This document shows positions 39,500 through 53,780 of a stretch of DNA of 64,000 nt, one piece after another (position 1 is the stretch's first letter; the number at the start of each line of letters is the position of its first letter). The notes beneath the pieces were generated by a model. It did no database searches. It saw only the letters and a list, made by a program, of their open reading frames with translations, and had not been told where the DNA came from. Source of the DNA: Octopus vulgaris. Taxonomy: Eukaryota. The position numbers and the translations under genes were made by a program. The stretch lies in NCBI GenBank assembly GCA_951406725.2, contig OX597822.1, positions 115,072,001 to 115,136,000 of the forward strand. Direction: 5' to 3'.

Positions 39500-39945
39500 T
39501 TTCAAATTTTTCTACAAGGGCAGCAGATATGGAGGAGGGTATGTGTTGATTACATCGACCCCAGTGTTCAACTGTTAACTAATTTATCGACTCCAAAAGG
39601 ATTGAAAGCAAAGTCGACCTCAGTGGAATTTGAACTCAGAATTTAAAGACGGACGACATGCCACTAAGAATTTTGTCCGACGTGCTAACGAGTCTGCCAG
39701 CTCTCTGCCTTTGTAATGATAAATAATAGTTTCAAATTTTGTCACAAAGGCAGTCATTTTGGGGGTTAGGGTGTGTCGATTACGTGACCCCAGTGTTCAA
39801 CTGTTATTTAATCTATCGACCCCGAAAGGATGAAAGACAAAGTCGGCCTCGGCGGAAATTGAACTCAGAACGTAGCGTTGGGCGAAACATTCCCAATCAT
39901 TTAGCTCAGTGTGCTAATGAGTCCGCCAATTGGCTGCCTTCATAA
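39275..39945 (-). repeat. Three tandem Meta-like SINE copies on the minus strand separated by (TAA)n
   Basis: Repeated cgtgctaacga.tctgcc...gcctt and gatttcaaattt; spacers aataataat. Confidence 0.82.
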
Positions 39946-41689
39946 TAATAATAATGATACCATAGATTTGTTGCGCGGGTTAATTATAATTTTTCTTCGA
40001 CTATAGATTCAGTTTGTGTAAAGTGGTAATTTACAGAAAATAATTAGAGGAGTACTCAATATAGCGCTTACAGAATGGATTGCATATTGTAACGTAGGCA
40101 AAAGGGGTATATTATAGAGCAGAGTGAAAGGAGTGAAAATTGTAGGGCTAGGAGAAGGTGGCACTCATTGTAGGACTGGGAAGCGAAAGCGTACATTGTA
40201 CAGAGGAAAGAGGGTACATGTTCTAAGGGTGGGCGAAGGAAACGTACATTGAAAGATTGGACCTACAGTGCTGAATACCAGTTCCGATTGTCAGTAGTAC
40301 TTTATCCATTATTAGTGTTCCAAAAATCTATCAGCAAAGAACTATGAAAAACCGTCTGTTAATCAATCAACTCTATGTTCATGCCTTTCGTTTTTCTACA
40401 GTCTTCGATTATGATTTTACTGATCAATAAATGATTTCATCAGCTTTGTGACACCTACAGTGTTCGTTCTTTTCTTCTTTAAGTTAGTTATTGTTTGCAA
40501 TGTTACAGTTCTAAAGGGCTTGGTATTGTGTATGCAGGTTGGTTATGAGAGGGTAGTTCTGAGCTGTTTCTTTAGGTTTCAGGATTAAGATTTTCTTTCT
40601 CTCGGTATATGACTCAAATGTTGTTTGTGGATCTTTCAGTAATAGTTCAGCTTTTTAGGTGTGCCCCTAAAATAGCTTTAGCTACTTCTTAGAACGTTTT
40701 GCTTGATCGTTATTCATACTTTGGCCTACTGTTTGAGTTTGTATAGCCTTCTCAATTGTTAAAGTGCTGCATATATTATTTTGAATAATCTCCTTCATAC
40801 TAATTCCTTCGCTGGCATAATTCTACTTTCCCGTTTACAAGCTGAACTTATGTGACGTATATTTATGATACCTACGTTTATCAAAGAAAGAAACATCTAG
40901 AAATCAGCTGAAGATCGCATGAAGATCGGATAACATGGCATTGAGAAAGCCAAGTTTTCATCGATTTCAGTCTTACTTTTTAAAATAATAAGAATTACAT
41001 AACTAAAGATGAGGGTTTCGCGAAGGTACTTACATAATATTCAGACACAGAACACTAATAACTAAATAATCTTTCGACATAAAACCTCCACATAAGAAGC
41101 CAAATAAAAATCCTTTAAATAGACCTTTCATAGCCGGTACTCTACTAGCGGGAAATCTATATCACTCGACCTTGTTGAAGACTGAATCAGTGACATCTTC
41201 ACATTTTCCTTTCTCTGACAGACATAGCTACACTTTGAATAATAAATATAAATGTATGGCCTGAGTTCAGCTTGGAAGGAATGATATTTGCTCATGAACT
41301 GGCAAAAACGTTGGCACGCTGGGCGAAATACTTAGCAGTGCTTCACCGAGGTCGACTTTGCCTTTCATCCTTTCGGGGCCGATAAATTAAGCACTAGTTG
41401 CGTACTGTGGTCAATCTAATCGACTTTCCCCCCTCCCCCAAAATTTCGAGCCTTGTGCTTAGAGAAGAAAAGTATATTTGCTCATGATATGTGCATATTG
41501 TGATGTGCCAGGATTATGCAACGGTTGTTAAAACGCTTAAAACTTAGTAGATGGATATCTTTCCAAGTGCTCCTGATGTGAATTTTATATCCTCGTGAGC
41601 ACTGCATCTGCGACTGACAAAAGAAATATGTGTGTATGTGCGCGCATGCGTGTGTGTGAGATATTTTTGTTAACCAAGATTATAGAGTA

Positions 41690-42118
41690 TTACTCTTACT
41701 CTTTTACTCTTTTACTTGTTTCAGTCATTTGACTGCGGCCATGCTGGAGCACCGCCTTTAATCGAGCAACTCGATCCCGGGACTTATTCTTTTGTAAGTC
41801 CAGTACTTATTCTACCGGTCTCTTTTGCCGAACCGCTAAGTAACGGGGACATAAACACACCAGCATCGGTTGTCAAGAAATGCTAGGGGGACAAACACAG
41901 ACACACAAACACACACACGCATATATATGTATATATATATATATACATATATACGACGGACTTCTTTCAGTTTCCGTCTACCAAATCCACTCACAAGGCT
42001 TTGGTCGGCCCGAGACTATAGTAGAAGACACTTGGCCAAGGTGCCACGCAGTGGGACTGAACCCGGAACCATGTGGTTGGTAAACAAGCTACTTACTACA
42101 CAGCTACTCCTGCGCCTA
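41690..42118 (-). mobile_element. Full-length CORE-like tRNA SINE
   Basis: Reverse complement of the 21448-21862 family, with tail (ttactct)n at ~41690-41715. Confidence 0.9.
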
Positions 42119-42230
42119 TTGTTTGATAATACATATATAATACAGTTCTATATTTAAGAGATGAGGAATTATGTGCATTATCTACATTATTTACATTCGA
42201 CGGATATTTGTCCTTATCTTGTTTGTTGGT

Positions 42231-42277
42231 AATACAACGTTTCGGCTGATATACTCTCCAGCCTTCTTCAGGTGCCT
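42231..42277 (-). ncRNA. Minimal type-I hammerhead motif
   Basis: GCAC-CUGAAGA-A-GGCUG-GAGAGUAUAU-CAGCC-GAAAC-GUU-GUAU, with palindromic ACGU stem III. Confidence 0.7.
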
Positions 42278-42308
42278 AGGGGAAATTTCGAACCTGGTTC
42301 TCATTCGA

Positions 42309-42367
<59 letters not shown>

Positions 42368-42373
42368 GTATTA

Positions 42374-42865
42374 TTCAGTAGTATATCTTTTATAGCGTGC
42401 TTTCACTTCACTACCGAGCGCAGCTCTGTGGGCATTGGGTATGTGCTGTGATTTGTTGTGATGCTCTGATGGTTATTGTATGGAAAGTGTTTAGCGTAGG
42501 ATGTGTGCAGTGCCTAGTAGTGCAATTTTCTGTATGTTATATGTGTTTGTAAGTCCTGGTGTTTTTGTTATGTATTTGTCTGAATATTTTTTTATCATGC
42601 CTAATGCACCTACTATGATAGGAATTGTTTCTGTTTTTAGATTCCACATTCTAGTTACCTCTATTTCCAGGTCTTTGTATTTTGAAAGTTTCTCCATTTC
42701 TTTTAGAGACACGTTGTCATCTGCTGGTATTGATACATCAATTAGAAAGCATTTTTTTCTTCATGATCTCTGACAACTATATCTGGTCTGTTGGCCTTAA
42801 TTTCTCTATCTGTGTGTATTGGCATATCCCAGAGTATGGTTGCTTTCTCGTTTTCTGTAACCTTT
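42374..42865 (-). mobile_element. 5'-truncated R4/Dong 3' end, same family as 43988-46325
   Basis: EKLSKYKDLEIEVTRMWNLKTETIPIIVGALG...LLGTAHILR; highly similar to ~45830-46325. Confidence 0.92.
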
Positions 42866-42907
42866 ATTAATATTATTATTATTATTAATATTATTATTAT
42901 TATTACT

Positions 42908-43282
42908 TTTTTTTTCTTCTTTCAAATTTGCTTCCATTTCTTGCCGAGTGTCTTCCCGACTCCTAGGGCAAAGAAACCCATATTATACATTGGTAGGCCA
43001 TTAAACCAAACTCAATATTTCGTTCATTTTTTTTTTTTTAAGTTAAATTAAAATACATGAGCAGCAACAGTTCTCACATCGACAATGCTCTTCTCAATAC
43101 GTGTGATGTACCAGTTAAGACAATCTTTTGCACTTCTTGCAGGGATGGTAAGCCAGGGATCATTCTCATATAATTTTCGGTTCCCTTTTTGATCATTCCT
43201 AGTGCTCCTACGATCACTGGTATTGTAACCGCCTTGAGATGCCACATTTTCTCAATTTCAATGAGTAGGTCTTTATATTTTC

Positions 43283-43283
<1 letters not shown>
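42908..43283 (-). mobile_element. 5'-truncated R4/Dong 3' end (family of 36673-37165)
   Basis: Near-identical 3' UTR and C-terminal coding sequence to 36673-37060. Confidence 0.9.
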
Positions 43284-43345
<62 letters not shown>

Positions 43346-43346
<1 letters not shown>

Positions 43347-43784
43347 TATGTTTGACTTTTGCTTTACATTTGTACAAGTTGGCTCCAAGTCTCACACAGA
43401 GACCTCAAAAGACAACAAGTTGGAAGTTCATGTTGGTGTTATGCCTAGGGTGCCAAATATTTGGTGTTGTACTTAGTGTTGTACTAGTGAATGCCTACAA
43501 AACCATACGAAAATTATGTTTGTTTTAAAACTTGAGATTACATAGAAAGTATTTTGCGTAGGATATGAGCAGTTCCTATGAGCACTATCTTTTGAATTTC
43601 TGCCATTTTTGGGTTTCCTGGTTTCTGAGTTAGGTAGCAATCAGCCCCTTTTGTTATCATTCCCAGGGCACCTATGACAACAGGAATTGTTTTAGTCTTC
43701 AGGTTCCACATTTTGCTGATTTCTATTTCAAAATCATTTTATTTGCTCAGTTTTTGGTAGGTCTTAACAGATACGTTTATATCG

Positions 43785-43785
<1 letters not shown>
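43346..43785 (-). mobile_element. 5'-truncated R4/Dong 3' end of a third family
   Basis: Translation EIEISKMWNLKTKTIPVVIGALGMI...EIQKIVLIGTAHILRKILSM*, with a distinct 3' UTR. Confidence 0.85.
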
Positions 43786-43844
<59 letters not shown>

Positions 43845-43935
43845 GTTCAGGTCACTGCTTGGAATTGAACTCGGAATCTTGGGGTTAGTAGCCTGCGCTC
43901 TTAACCACTACGCCATATGCCACTACGCCACAGAA

Positions 43936-43992
43936 ATATAGCGTAATAGTTAAGAGCGCAAGCTACAAACCCCAAGATTCCGAGTTCAACTT
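43936..43992 (+). other. tRNA-like head of the right-hand copy of the hammerhead element
   Basis: tagcgtaatagttaagagcgcaagctacaaaccccaagattccgagttcaa is the inverse of ~43863-43917. Confidence 0.75.
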
Positions 43993-46325
43993 CTGGTTGA
44001 AATATCTAACAGGAATGCACAAAAAGCTGGCTGAAAACTTTAACAGCATGCTAGCAGAGCCAGAGACAATGCCTGAATGGCTCACGAAGGGGAAAACCAT
44101 CTTAATTCCCAAATCAAATGAGACAGCAAAACCAGAAAACTACAGACCAATAACCTGTCTCCCTACAATATACAAGGCACTTACTGCAGTGATATCGCAA
44201 AGGTTGAACAAGCACCTGGACGAAAACAACCTGTTTCCAGAAGAGCAGAAAGGATGCCGCAAAGGCTCATATGGCTGTAAAGATCAACTAATGATTAATA
44301 AAGCCATAACTGAAGACAGCCACAGAAAGAAGAAAGGCCTCAGTATGGCCTGGATCGATTACAAAAAGGCGTTCGATAGCATCCCCCACACATGGATCCT
44401 CGAAACACTAGCCATTAACAAAGTAGCACCAACCGTTATAAAATTCATAGGGCACTCTATGAATAAATGGCAAACCGTGCTACAGCTCCAAACAAAAGAG
44501 GGACTCATGAAAACAAAAGCCATCCCCAGTTGAAGAGGAATATTCCAGGGAGACACTCTCTCTCCACTCCTTTTCTGCTTCGCACTGTCACCTCTATCTG
44601 ATATGCTAAATAGAACTGGATGCGGATATAAATGTTACGGCAAAACGATCAGCCACCTTTTATATATGGATGACCTAAAACTATACGCTGCAAATGACAA
44701 ACAGCTGGAAACACTATTAAAGACAGTTCATGGATTCACCACAGAAATAGAAATGAAATTTGGATTAGAAAAATGCGCCAAAGTAACCATGAAAAGAGGA
44801 AAACTAGTTAAGAGTAACAACATCACACTAGATAAAACCAATGAAATAAAAGAATTAGACCAAAGCCAAACTTACAAATACTTAGGAATCCATGAACTAG
44901 ATAAGACACAACACCCACAAATGAAAGAGAAAATAAAAAAAGAATATTATAGACGAGTTAGATCAATACTAAAAACAGAGCTCAATGCTAAAAACAAGAT
45001 AATAGGTATCAACACTTTAGCTGTCCCAGTTATAAGTTACAGCTACAATATCCTTAACTGGACACTAAATGAACTGACCAAAATAGATAGGAAAACAAGA
45101 AAAATAATGACAGGGTCTAGGATGCATCACCCAAAATCTGACATAGAAAGACTATATATACAACGTATAGAAGGTGGTAGAGGCCTTATACAGCTGGAAA
45201 ACTACTATAAAATAACCACCATAGGACTGCAAAAATATCTACTTCAGAAGGAAGGAAAGTTGATACAAATAGCGGCAAAACACGAGCAAAACAAAAAACT
45301 GTTCTCAGTATTTAAGGAAGCTGACAAATACAAACAAGAAATCATACCACCTAACAAATATGAAGAAGAAGAAGTAGAAAATGAAGAAACAACAAAAGCT
45401 ATAAAACAAATGAAATCCAAACTAAAACTAGAACAGCAACGAACCATGATAAAACGATGGCAAGAAAAGTCCCTTCATAGTAAATACTGGACTAAACTAA
45501 ACGCAAAAGAAATAGACAAAGAAAAATCCCAGCAATGGTTGAGAAGCTCAGGACTCAAAGCAGAGACAGAGGGATTTTTAATTGCAGCACAAGACCAAAG
45601 CCTCCCCACCAGAAATTACCAAAAACATGTAATGAAAAGAAATATTACAAGTAACTGCAGAATATGTGGAGATGGACAAGAAACAATAAATCATATTATC
45701 TCTAGCTGCCCAGTCCTGGCTAAGAAGGAATATATTCACAGACATGACAGAGTTGGAACCTACATACACTGGAAGCTATGCCAACATTATGGAATAACAA
45801 CAGAAAAAAGATGGTATAGGCACACACCAGAAAAGGTCAGAGAAAACGAGAAAGCAACCATACTCTCGGATATGCCGATACACACAGATAGAGAAATTAA
45901 GGCCAACAGACCAGATATAGTTGTCAGAGATCATGAAGAAAACAAATGCTTTCTAATTGATGTATCAATACAGGCAGATGACAACGTGTCTCCAAAAGAA
46001 ATGGAGAAACTCTCAAAATACAAAGACCTGGAAATAGAGGTAACTAGAATGTGGAATCTAAAAACAGAAACAATTCCTATCATAGTAGGTGCATTAGGCA
46101 TGATAAAAAAATATTCAGACAAATACATAACAAAAACACCAGGACTTACAAACACATATAACATACAGAAAATTGCACTACTAGGCACTGCACACATCCT
46201 ACGCAGAACACTTTCCATACAATAACCATCAGAGCATCACAACAAATCACAGCACATACCTAAGGCACACAGAGCTGCGCTCGGTAGTGAAGTGAAAGCA
46301 CGCTATAAAAATAAAACTACTGAAT
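43988..46325 (+). mobile_element. 5'-truncated R4/Dong-clade non-LTR retrotransposon: RT + CCHC knuckle + restriction-like endonuclease, one in-frame stop
   Basis: ORFs 43997-44533 and 44603-46225 are in the same frame. Motifs YRPITCL, WIDYKKAFDS, GIFQGD, LYMDDLKL, CRICGDGQETINHIISSC, RHD, RPDIVV..DVS and EKLSKYKDL. The 3' UTR ends in (TAA)n. Confidence 0.95.
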
Positions 46326-46350
46326 GATAATAATAATAATAATAATAATA

Positions 46351-46497
46351 TCGAAAAATACCTTTAGGAATGAGAACCCAGGTTTGAAATTTCCTCAAGA
46401 CACCTGAAGAAGGCTGGAGAGTATATCAGCCGAAACGTTGTTTTAAAAACAAACAAGATGAGGACAAATATCCGCCAAATGTAAATAATGTAAATAA
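46351..46497 (+). mobile_element. 3' part of the right-hand hammerhead element
   Basis: gaatgagaacccaggtttgaaatttcc...aaacaagatgaggacaaatatccg..aatgtaaataatgta is the inverse of ~42180-42306. Confidence 0.78.
46399..46444 (+). ncRNA. Minimal type-I hammerhead motif
   Basis: GACAC-CUGAAGA-A-GGCUG-GAGAGUAUAU-CAGCC-GAAAC-GUU-GUUUU; stem I carries one mismatch. Confidence 0.68.
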
Positions 46498-47573
46498 AAT
46501 ACATACATACTTATATCAATAGTTTTTTTGGTGCAGATATGGCTTCTGAATGAACTTGAGTGGCAAAAACTGCATGGAAGCCCATCGTCTATGAGTGTGT
46601 CTCTTTGATTGCCCCCCCCCTCCGAACCACCGCTTGATAATAAGTAATGTTTTGTTTACGTCCTAGTAACTTCGCGGTTCGCCAAAGAATACGTACCAGT
46701 ATCAAACTTTAAAATAAAATAAATACTGGAATCGATTTGTTTGACTACAATGCCCTAAAGCAAGGCCTAAGCATGACTGCAGTCCAATGAATGGAACAAG
46801 TAAAAGATAAAAAATTCTCTGAAGTTAAGATTGAATTTCTTGACAAACTTTCATATTATCAATAAAGAGATGAAGGGCTATGTATGTGATGTGCTGAATG
46901 CTTAATTGATATTCACTTGATCTCTCGAATACTTTCAAAACTCTCTAATTGTATTAAAACACAAATTCTCATGCGATTGAAATTCTGCTGCCTATTTGCA
47001 GTTTGCCCAAGGATGGCTTTCACTGGCACTTTGTCCGTTACGACGACCAGTATTCCAGTTGATCTGATCCACCGAACAACCTACTAGTGAAATTAGCGTC
47101 ACAAGTGTCGAGCACTCTACGAACACACGTACCCTTAACGAAGTCCTCGGGAAGATTCAGCGTGGCACAGAATGTGACAAGGCTAGCCCCTTTGAAATAC
47201 AGGTGCTACTCATTTTTGCCAGCTGAGTAATAAGGTGTCTTGTTCAAAGACAACGCATCGCCAGGAATCGAACTCTCTACCTTACGACCGTGTGCCGAAC
47301 ACTCTAACCACTAAACAAGACGTTTCCACTATACACGTGGATTAAAGCAAAGCTGTTTGCTTAAGAAGTTCGCTTAACAACAACACAGTTCGGGATTCGA
47401 TCGCATACGCAGCACACTAGGGCAACTGTCTTCTACAAAAGCCTTGGATTGACTAAATTTAGTAGACAGGATAAATGTAGTAAAAACTAACGGTGGTCGG
47501 TCCAGTTTTTGGGTAGCAGCTTCTTAAACTACTATCCAGTTTAGACAAGCTTACAGTACTATTTCTAATATAG

Positions 47574-47914
47574 CAGGAATTCTCAACCATTTTTTATCTA
47601 TAGACCCCTTTGATTTCTAGTTAATTCTGGTGGGCCTCCATAGCCCTTTGATGTTTTTTAGAGATACTTCTAACAAAATTCCTACTTTGTTTTTCACACA
47701 TTAATTTATGTAGGTTGAACTATGGAAAGTGTTAAAGAAAGAAACATGGCCGTTTCTTGTAATACATCCCAATACATACATCTAAAGCAAATTTCTTTTC
47801 AGGGGCTCTTAAAATGCTATTGAGGATCTCTGATTAACTATTTTGTTGCGTGCCCCCCACCCAATTCTTATTTGAACCCTCAGGGTTTATATGGACCCCA
47901 GTTGAGAACTACTA
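47574..47914. mobile_element. hAT-type MITE
   Basis: TIRs CAGGAATTCTCAAC / GTTGAGAACTACTA. The 8-bp flanks TAATATAG and TACTATAG match at 7 of 8 positions. Confidence 0.65.
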
Positions 47915-48654
47915 TACTATAGATTCAATGTCTGAGATACTGGTAGAAATGGATAGTCGATTACATCAATCCCAATACTCAACGGGTTTTTATTATTTTA
48001 TCGGCCTCGGAAGGGTGACGGTCGGTGTCGACCTCGGCGGAATTTGAATTCGGAAGAAATGCTGCTTAGGGTTTCATCCAGTGTGTAAAGGAATCTAACT
48101 ATATGAGTCTACAATACAGAAAGTTCTTTGACTGGAAATAGTTGCCGCCCCCCGTTCCCTCCCAGCACCCTCAGGAAGAGGCATTAAAAAGATTCTAGAC
48201 GTTGCCCCTTACGCCTCTATATAAGCAAGGAAAAAAAGTACATTTAGCATTTCATTCATCACTTCTCTTAATAAATCTCTCGCTTGAATATATTTATGAT
48301 CCGATTGTGATATATTCCATAATGCTATTTAATTCAGTTATAAGAAAGCACAGCCATGGTGAGATGTCAAATTGGGGAGGGGGGAGCATTTTCAAATTGA
48401 TCTTCTGAACAAAGTGAGGCCACATCTGTTGTTGGTGTATATGATGTTGATAATGTTGATGATGAGAAGGAAGAGGAGATAGATGAGGAGAGAGAAGAGG
48501 GTGACAACGACGACTACGACTACGACGATGATGATGATGATGATAATAATGGTAAGTACGACAAGGACGACGAGGACAATAATAACAGCATCGGCGATTC
48601 GACTGATACTAATGGAGAGAATTGTAATAACGGACATTTCTCAACAAACGCGCG

Positions 48655-51080
<2,426 letters not shown>

Positions 51081-51769
51081 GTGTAATTCAATACACTCGG
51101 GATAATCCATATAGAATATACTTTGTTCAATAAGTTTAGGTGTTCTAAAATTAGGTAGAGAAAATTTACAGGTCAAATGTCACACGTTTTACAGTTACGC
51201 TAAATTTCCGTCAGAAAATACTCTTAGAAAGCTACATCCGATATTTCGTTGTTTATGTGTCAGTGGGGTATCTGAAATAAATCACTCGTTGTGGCAGATT
51301 TGGCAATAGCTATGCAAGTAATATTATACAACCTACCATGCAGTGTATAAATTATATTAATGCTATTTATTAATATAAATTTAATCATGTTATTGAATAA
51401 CTTTAATATTAATAATAGAAAATGTTCGCCTAATTTGAAATATCATTTTATAAGACGGCTAAATATATTTTCATACATTGATTTCATTCTCTCGTAGTGT
51501 GAACGATGTGTTACGTAATTTTTGTCGCAGGTTTATTGCTAAATCTACAAGACGAATTTTACAGGATATCGACACTTTCCCACAGAGACAACACACGCAT
51601 CTTGACCTTAGTATAGGTATATCAGACGCAAAGCAGTCATGATTAAAATCCTTTATTTGTCAAGACTGTATAACGTTCTTTTATGGAATAACCTATTTAG
51701 TTTTAGAAGCTGTTTAACAATACAGTCATAGGCAAAAATGAAAATACGTGGACGTGTTCAGTATGTATA

Positions 51770-52520
51770 GAGGGCGTTCGTGCTAAATCTAACAGTTTGC
51801 ATGAAAGGAAGAGAATAGACAATATTCCATCCAAAAATATCAACTAGATTATGGCAGGGAGATATCAATTAGATTATGGCACTTGCTCAAAATAGCCGCC
51901 TTCTGCTTCCACCACAGCCTCAAGACAGCTCCGGAACCTGGCGCACGCGTTCCTCATTGTGTCCTCGAAAGATCTCCGAACATCTCCTCGATCTTGGCCA
52001 CTAGCTCGGCCTTGGTGTTCTAGGCAGAGTGTTTGGTGTTTATCTCGATGGCGCAACACACATAGTAATCCATAGCATTACAATCGAGGAACTTAGGTCA
52101 GAAATTGGCGCTGGTAAATGCGTAGAAATTCCCCGACAATCACTTCTGTCTTTTTCCGGGGGTTTGGCAAGGAGCCGAATCCTACGGTCACACATATGGT
52201 CTACCAACAGTCATCCTTTCAAGCCATGGATTAAACAAAGTCTCCAGAAGGTTTACGTAGTCGTTTGAATCGAGTCCAGAGTCCTGTTCAAAGATGCGGT
52301 TCGGCATGACGTCGCTCTCACTAGGGACACACCGAAAGACAATCCATCCTATCAGCCACGGCTTCATAGTCTCCAATGCAGCTGTCCAGCTTTTACATCG
52401 CTCACAAAGCAACAAAGCATTGAACAGCAGCCATGGTTCCGGTATTTTGATACCTGGCACTAATCATCATGATACACGTTCCAATATTCAGCTAGCTTTC
52501 AGTCCTCTCTGACAGCTTTT
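51770..52520 (-). mobile_element. Degraded Tc1/mariner-superfamily (probably maT/DD37D-type) transposase 3' portion
   Basis: NPWLERMTVGRPYVW, D-S-A-P-C motif, and C-terminal NACARFRSCLEAVVEAEGGYFE. Confidence 0.72.
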
Positions 52521-52900
52521 CTCATCTTCAGTATTCATTTTTATGTTCTTTAACACCGTTGACTGTTCACCAAAGCATAAAGCTGTTCATGAACATAGCA
52601 TACGTAAAACGTCGTGGTTAAAAATTCCACTTCGTAATCGTTACGCTGTGGTTTCGATTTCACTGCATCGCATCTTGGGCATGTGACTTCATGATAACCC
52701 AAACAATGGCAGTATGTAATTCAAAAAAATCACGCTGATTCTACCTAGGGATTATGTTAAGGCTACACATGCCCGAGGGATACGCGACCACTTCGTGAGC
52801 GAATTCAACGAGAAGATCATCCAATTCATTTAGCTACTGCACACGCAAGTCAGAATCGAAGGGAGAATTACCATCTCTCATTCTATCACTCAATCTCTAC

Positions 52901-53040
<140 letters not shown>

Positions 53041-53413
53041 CTATTTATTTATTTATTTATTTATCTGTCTATCTATCTTTCTAACAATCTATCTATCTAC
53101 CTACTTATCTATTTCACATACCCGTTCATCGGGAATTTTCCATAGACCCCGTATAAAAGTCAACCGCAGTGTTTCACGAACAATAGGACATTTGTGGGCC
53201 ATGGTACCGTATCATCCTGTTACAAAATTATGTGGCTAACTTACTGTAGCCTGCTCTATAGGTGGAATGCTTGGGGCTTATAATGGAATGCTCGGTGCTT
53301 ACAATAAAACACTATGTAATAGCGAGCACTACACAACTGTTGATAGGTGCTACATTACCATTACTAAAATGTATGCACAGGACATGTTGCAAGCCTGCAT
53401 ACACCTTGAAGCA

Positions 53414-53780
53414 CAATAAACACATGCGTCATACACTCGTTATCTACATGATGAGAAGTGTGTCTCACAGACAGCACTATTGGCGAATGCTGGCAAACGC
53501 CGCTATCTGAATTCATACAAAGGCATGACTTTGGTAAGCCTAAAAACATTCAATTAATCGCTAGATCAGTGGTTCCCAAGCGACCTTTATATTTTCCTCA
53601 TCTCCAAATACAATAAACACTTGCGTCACATACTCGACTGTTTTTATGGTGAGAAACGACGTGTTTCACAGACAGCTCGATTGGTAAACAACAGCAAACA
53701 CCACTGTATGAGTTCGTACAGAGGCATGACATCGGTAAGCCTAAAAACATTTAGTTAATCGCTAGATCAGTGATTCTCAA
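53414..53780 (+). repeat. Diverged ~197-bp direct tandem duplication ending in a hAT-like TIR
   Basis: caataaacac.tgcgtca...ggcatgac.t.ggtaagcctaaaaacatt.a.ttaatcgctagatcagtg.ttc.caa occurs at 53414 and 53611. Confidence 0.8.

Larger units (their letters stand above)
42141..43920 (-). mobile_element. tRNA-head/(TAA)n/hammerhead element, left copy, interrupted by three R4/Dong 3' ends
   Basis: Head 43846-43920(-): TGGCGTAGTGGTTAAGAGCGCAGGCTACTAACCCCAAGATTCCGAGTTCAATTCC. Then TAA tracts, then the tail at 42141-42308 with the HHR. The tail is the inverse of 46351-46497. Confidence 0.72.

Noticed and set aside
40250-40950. Possible degraded Penelope ORF on the minus strand
   Set aside because: Only faint motif resemblance in hand translation; not enough to call without a profile search.
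43846-43920. Possible functional tRNA gene
   Set aside because: A/B boxes and an anticodon-like loop are present, but I could not form a proper acceptor stem; it is treated as a SINE-like head.
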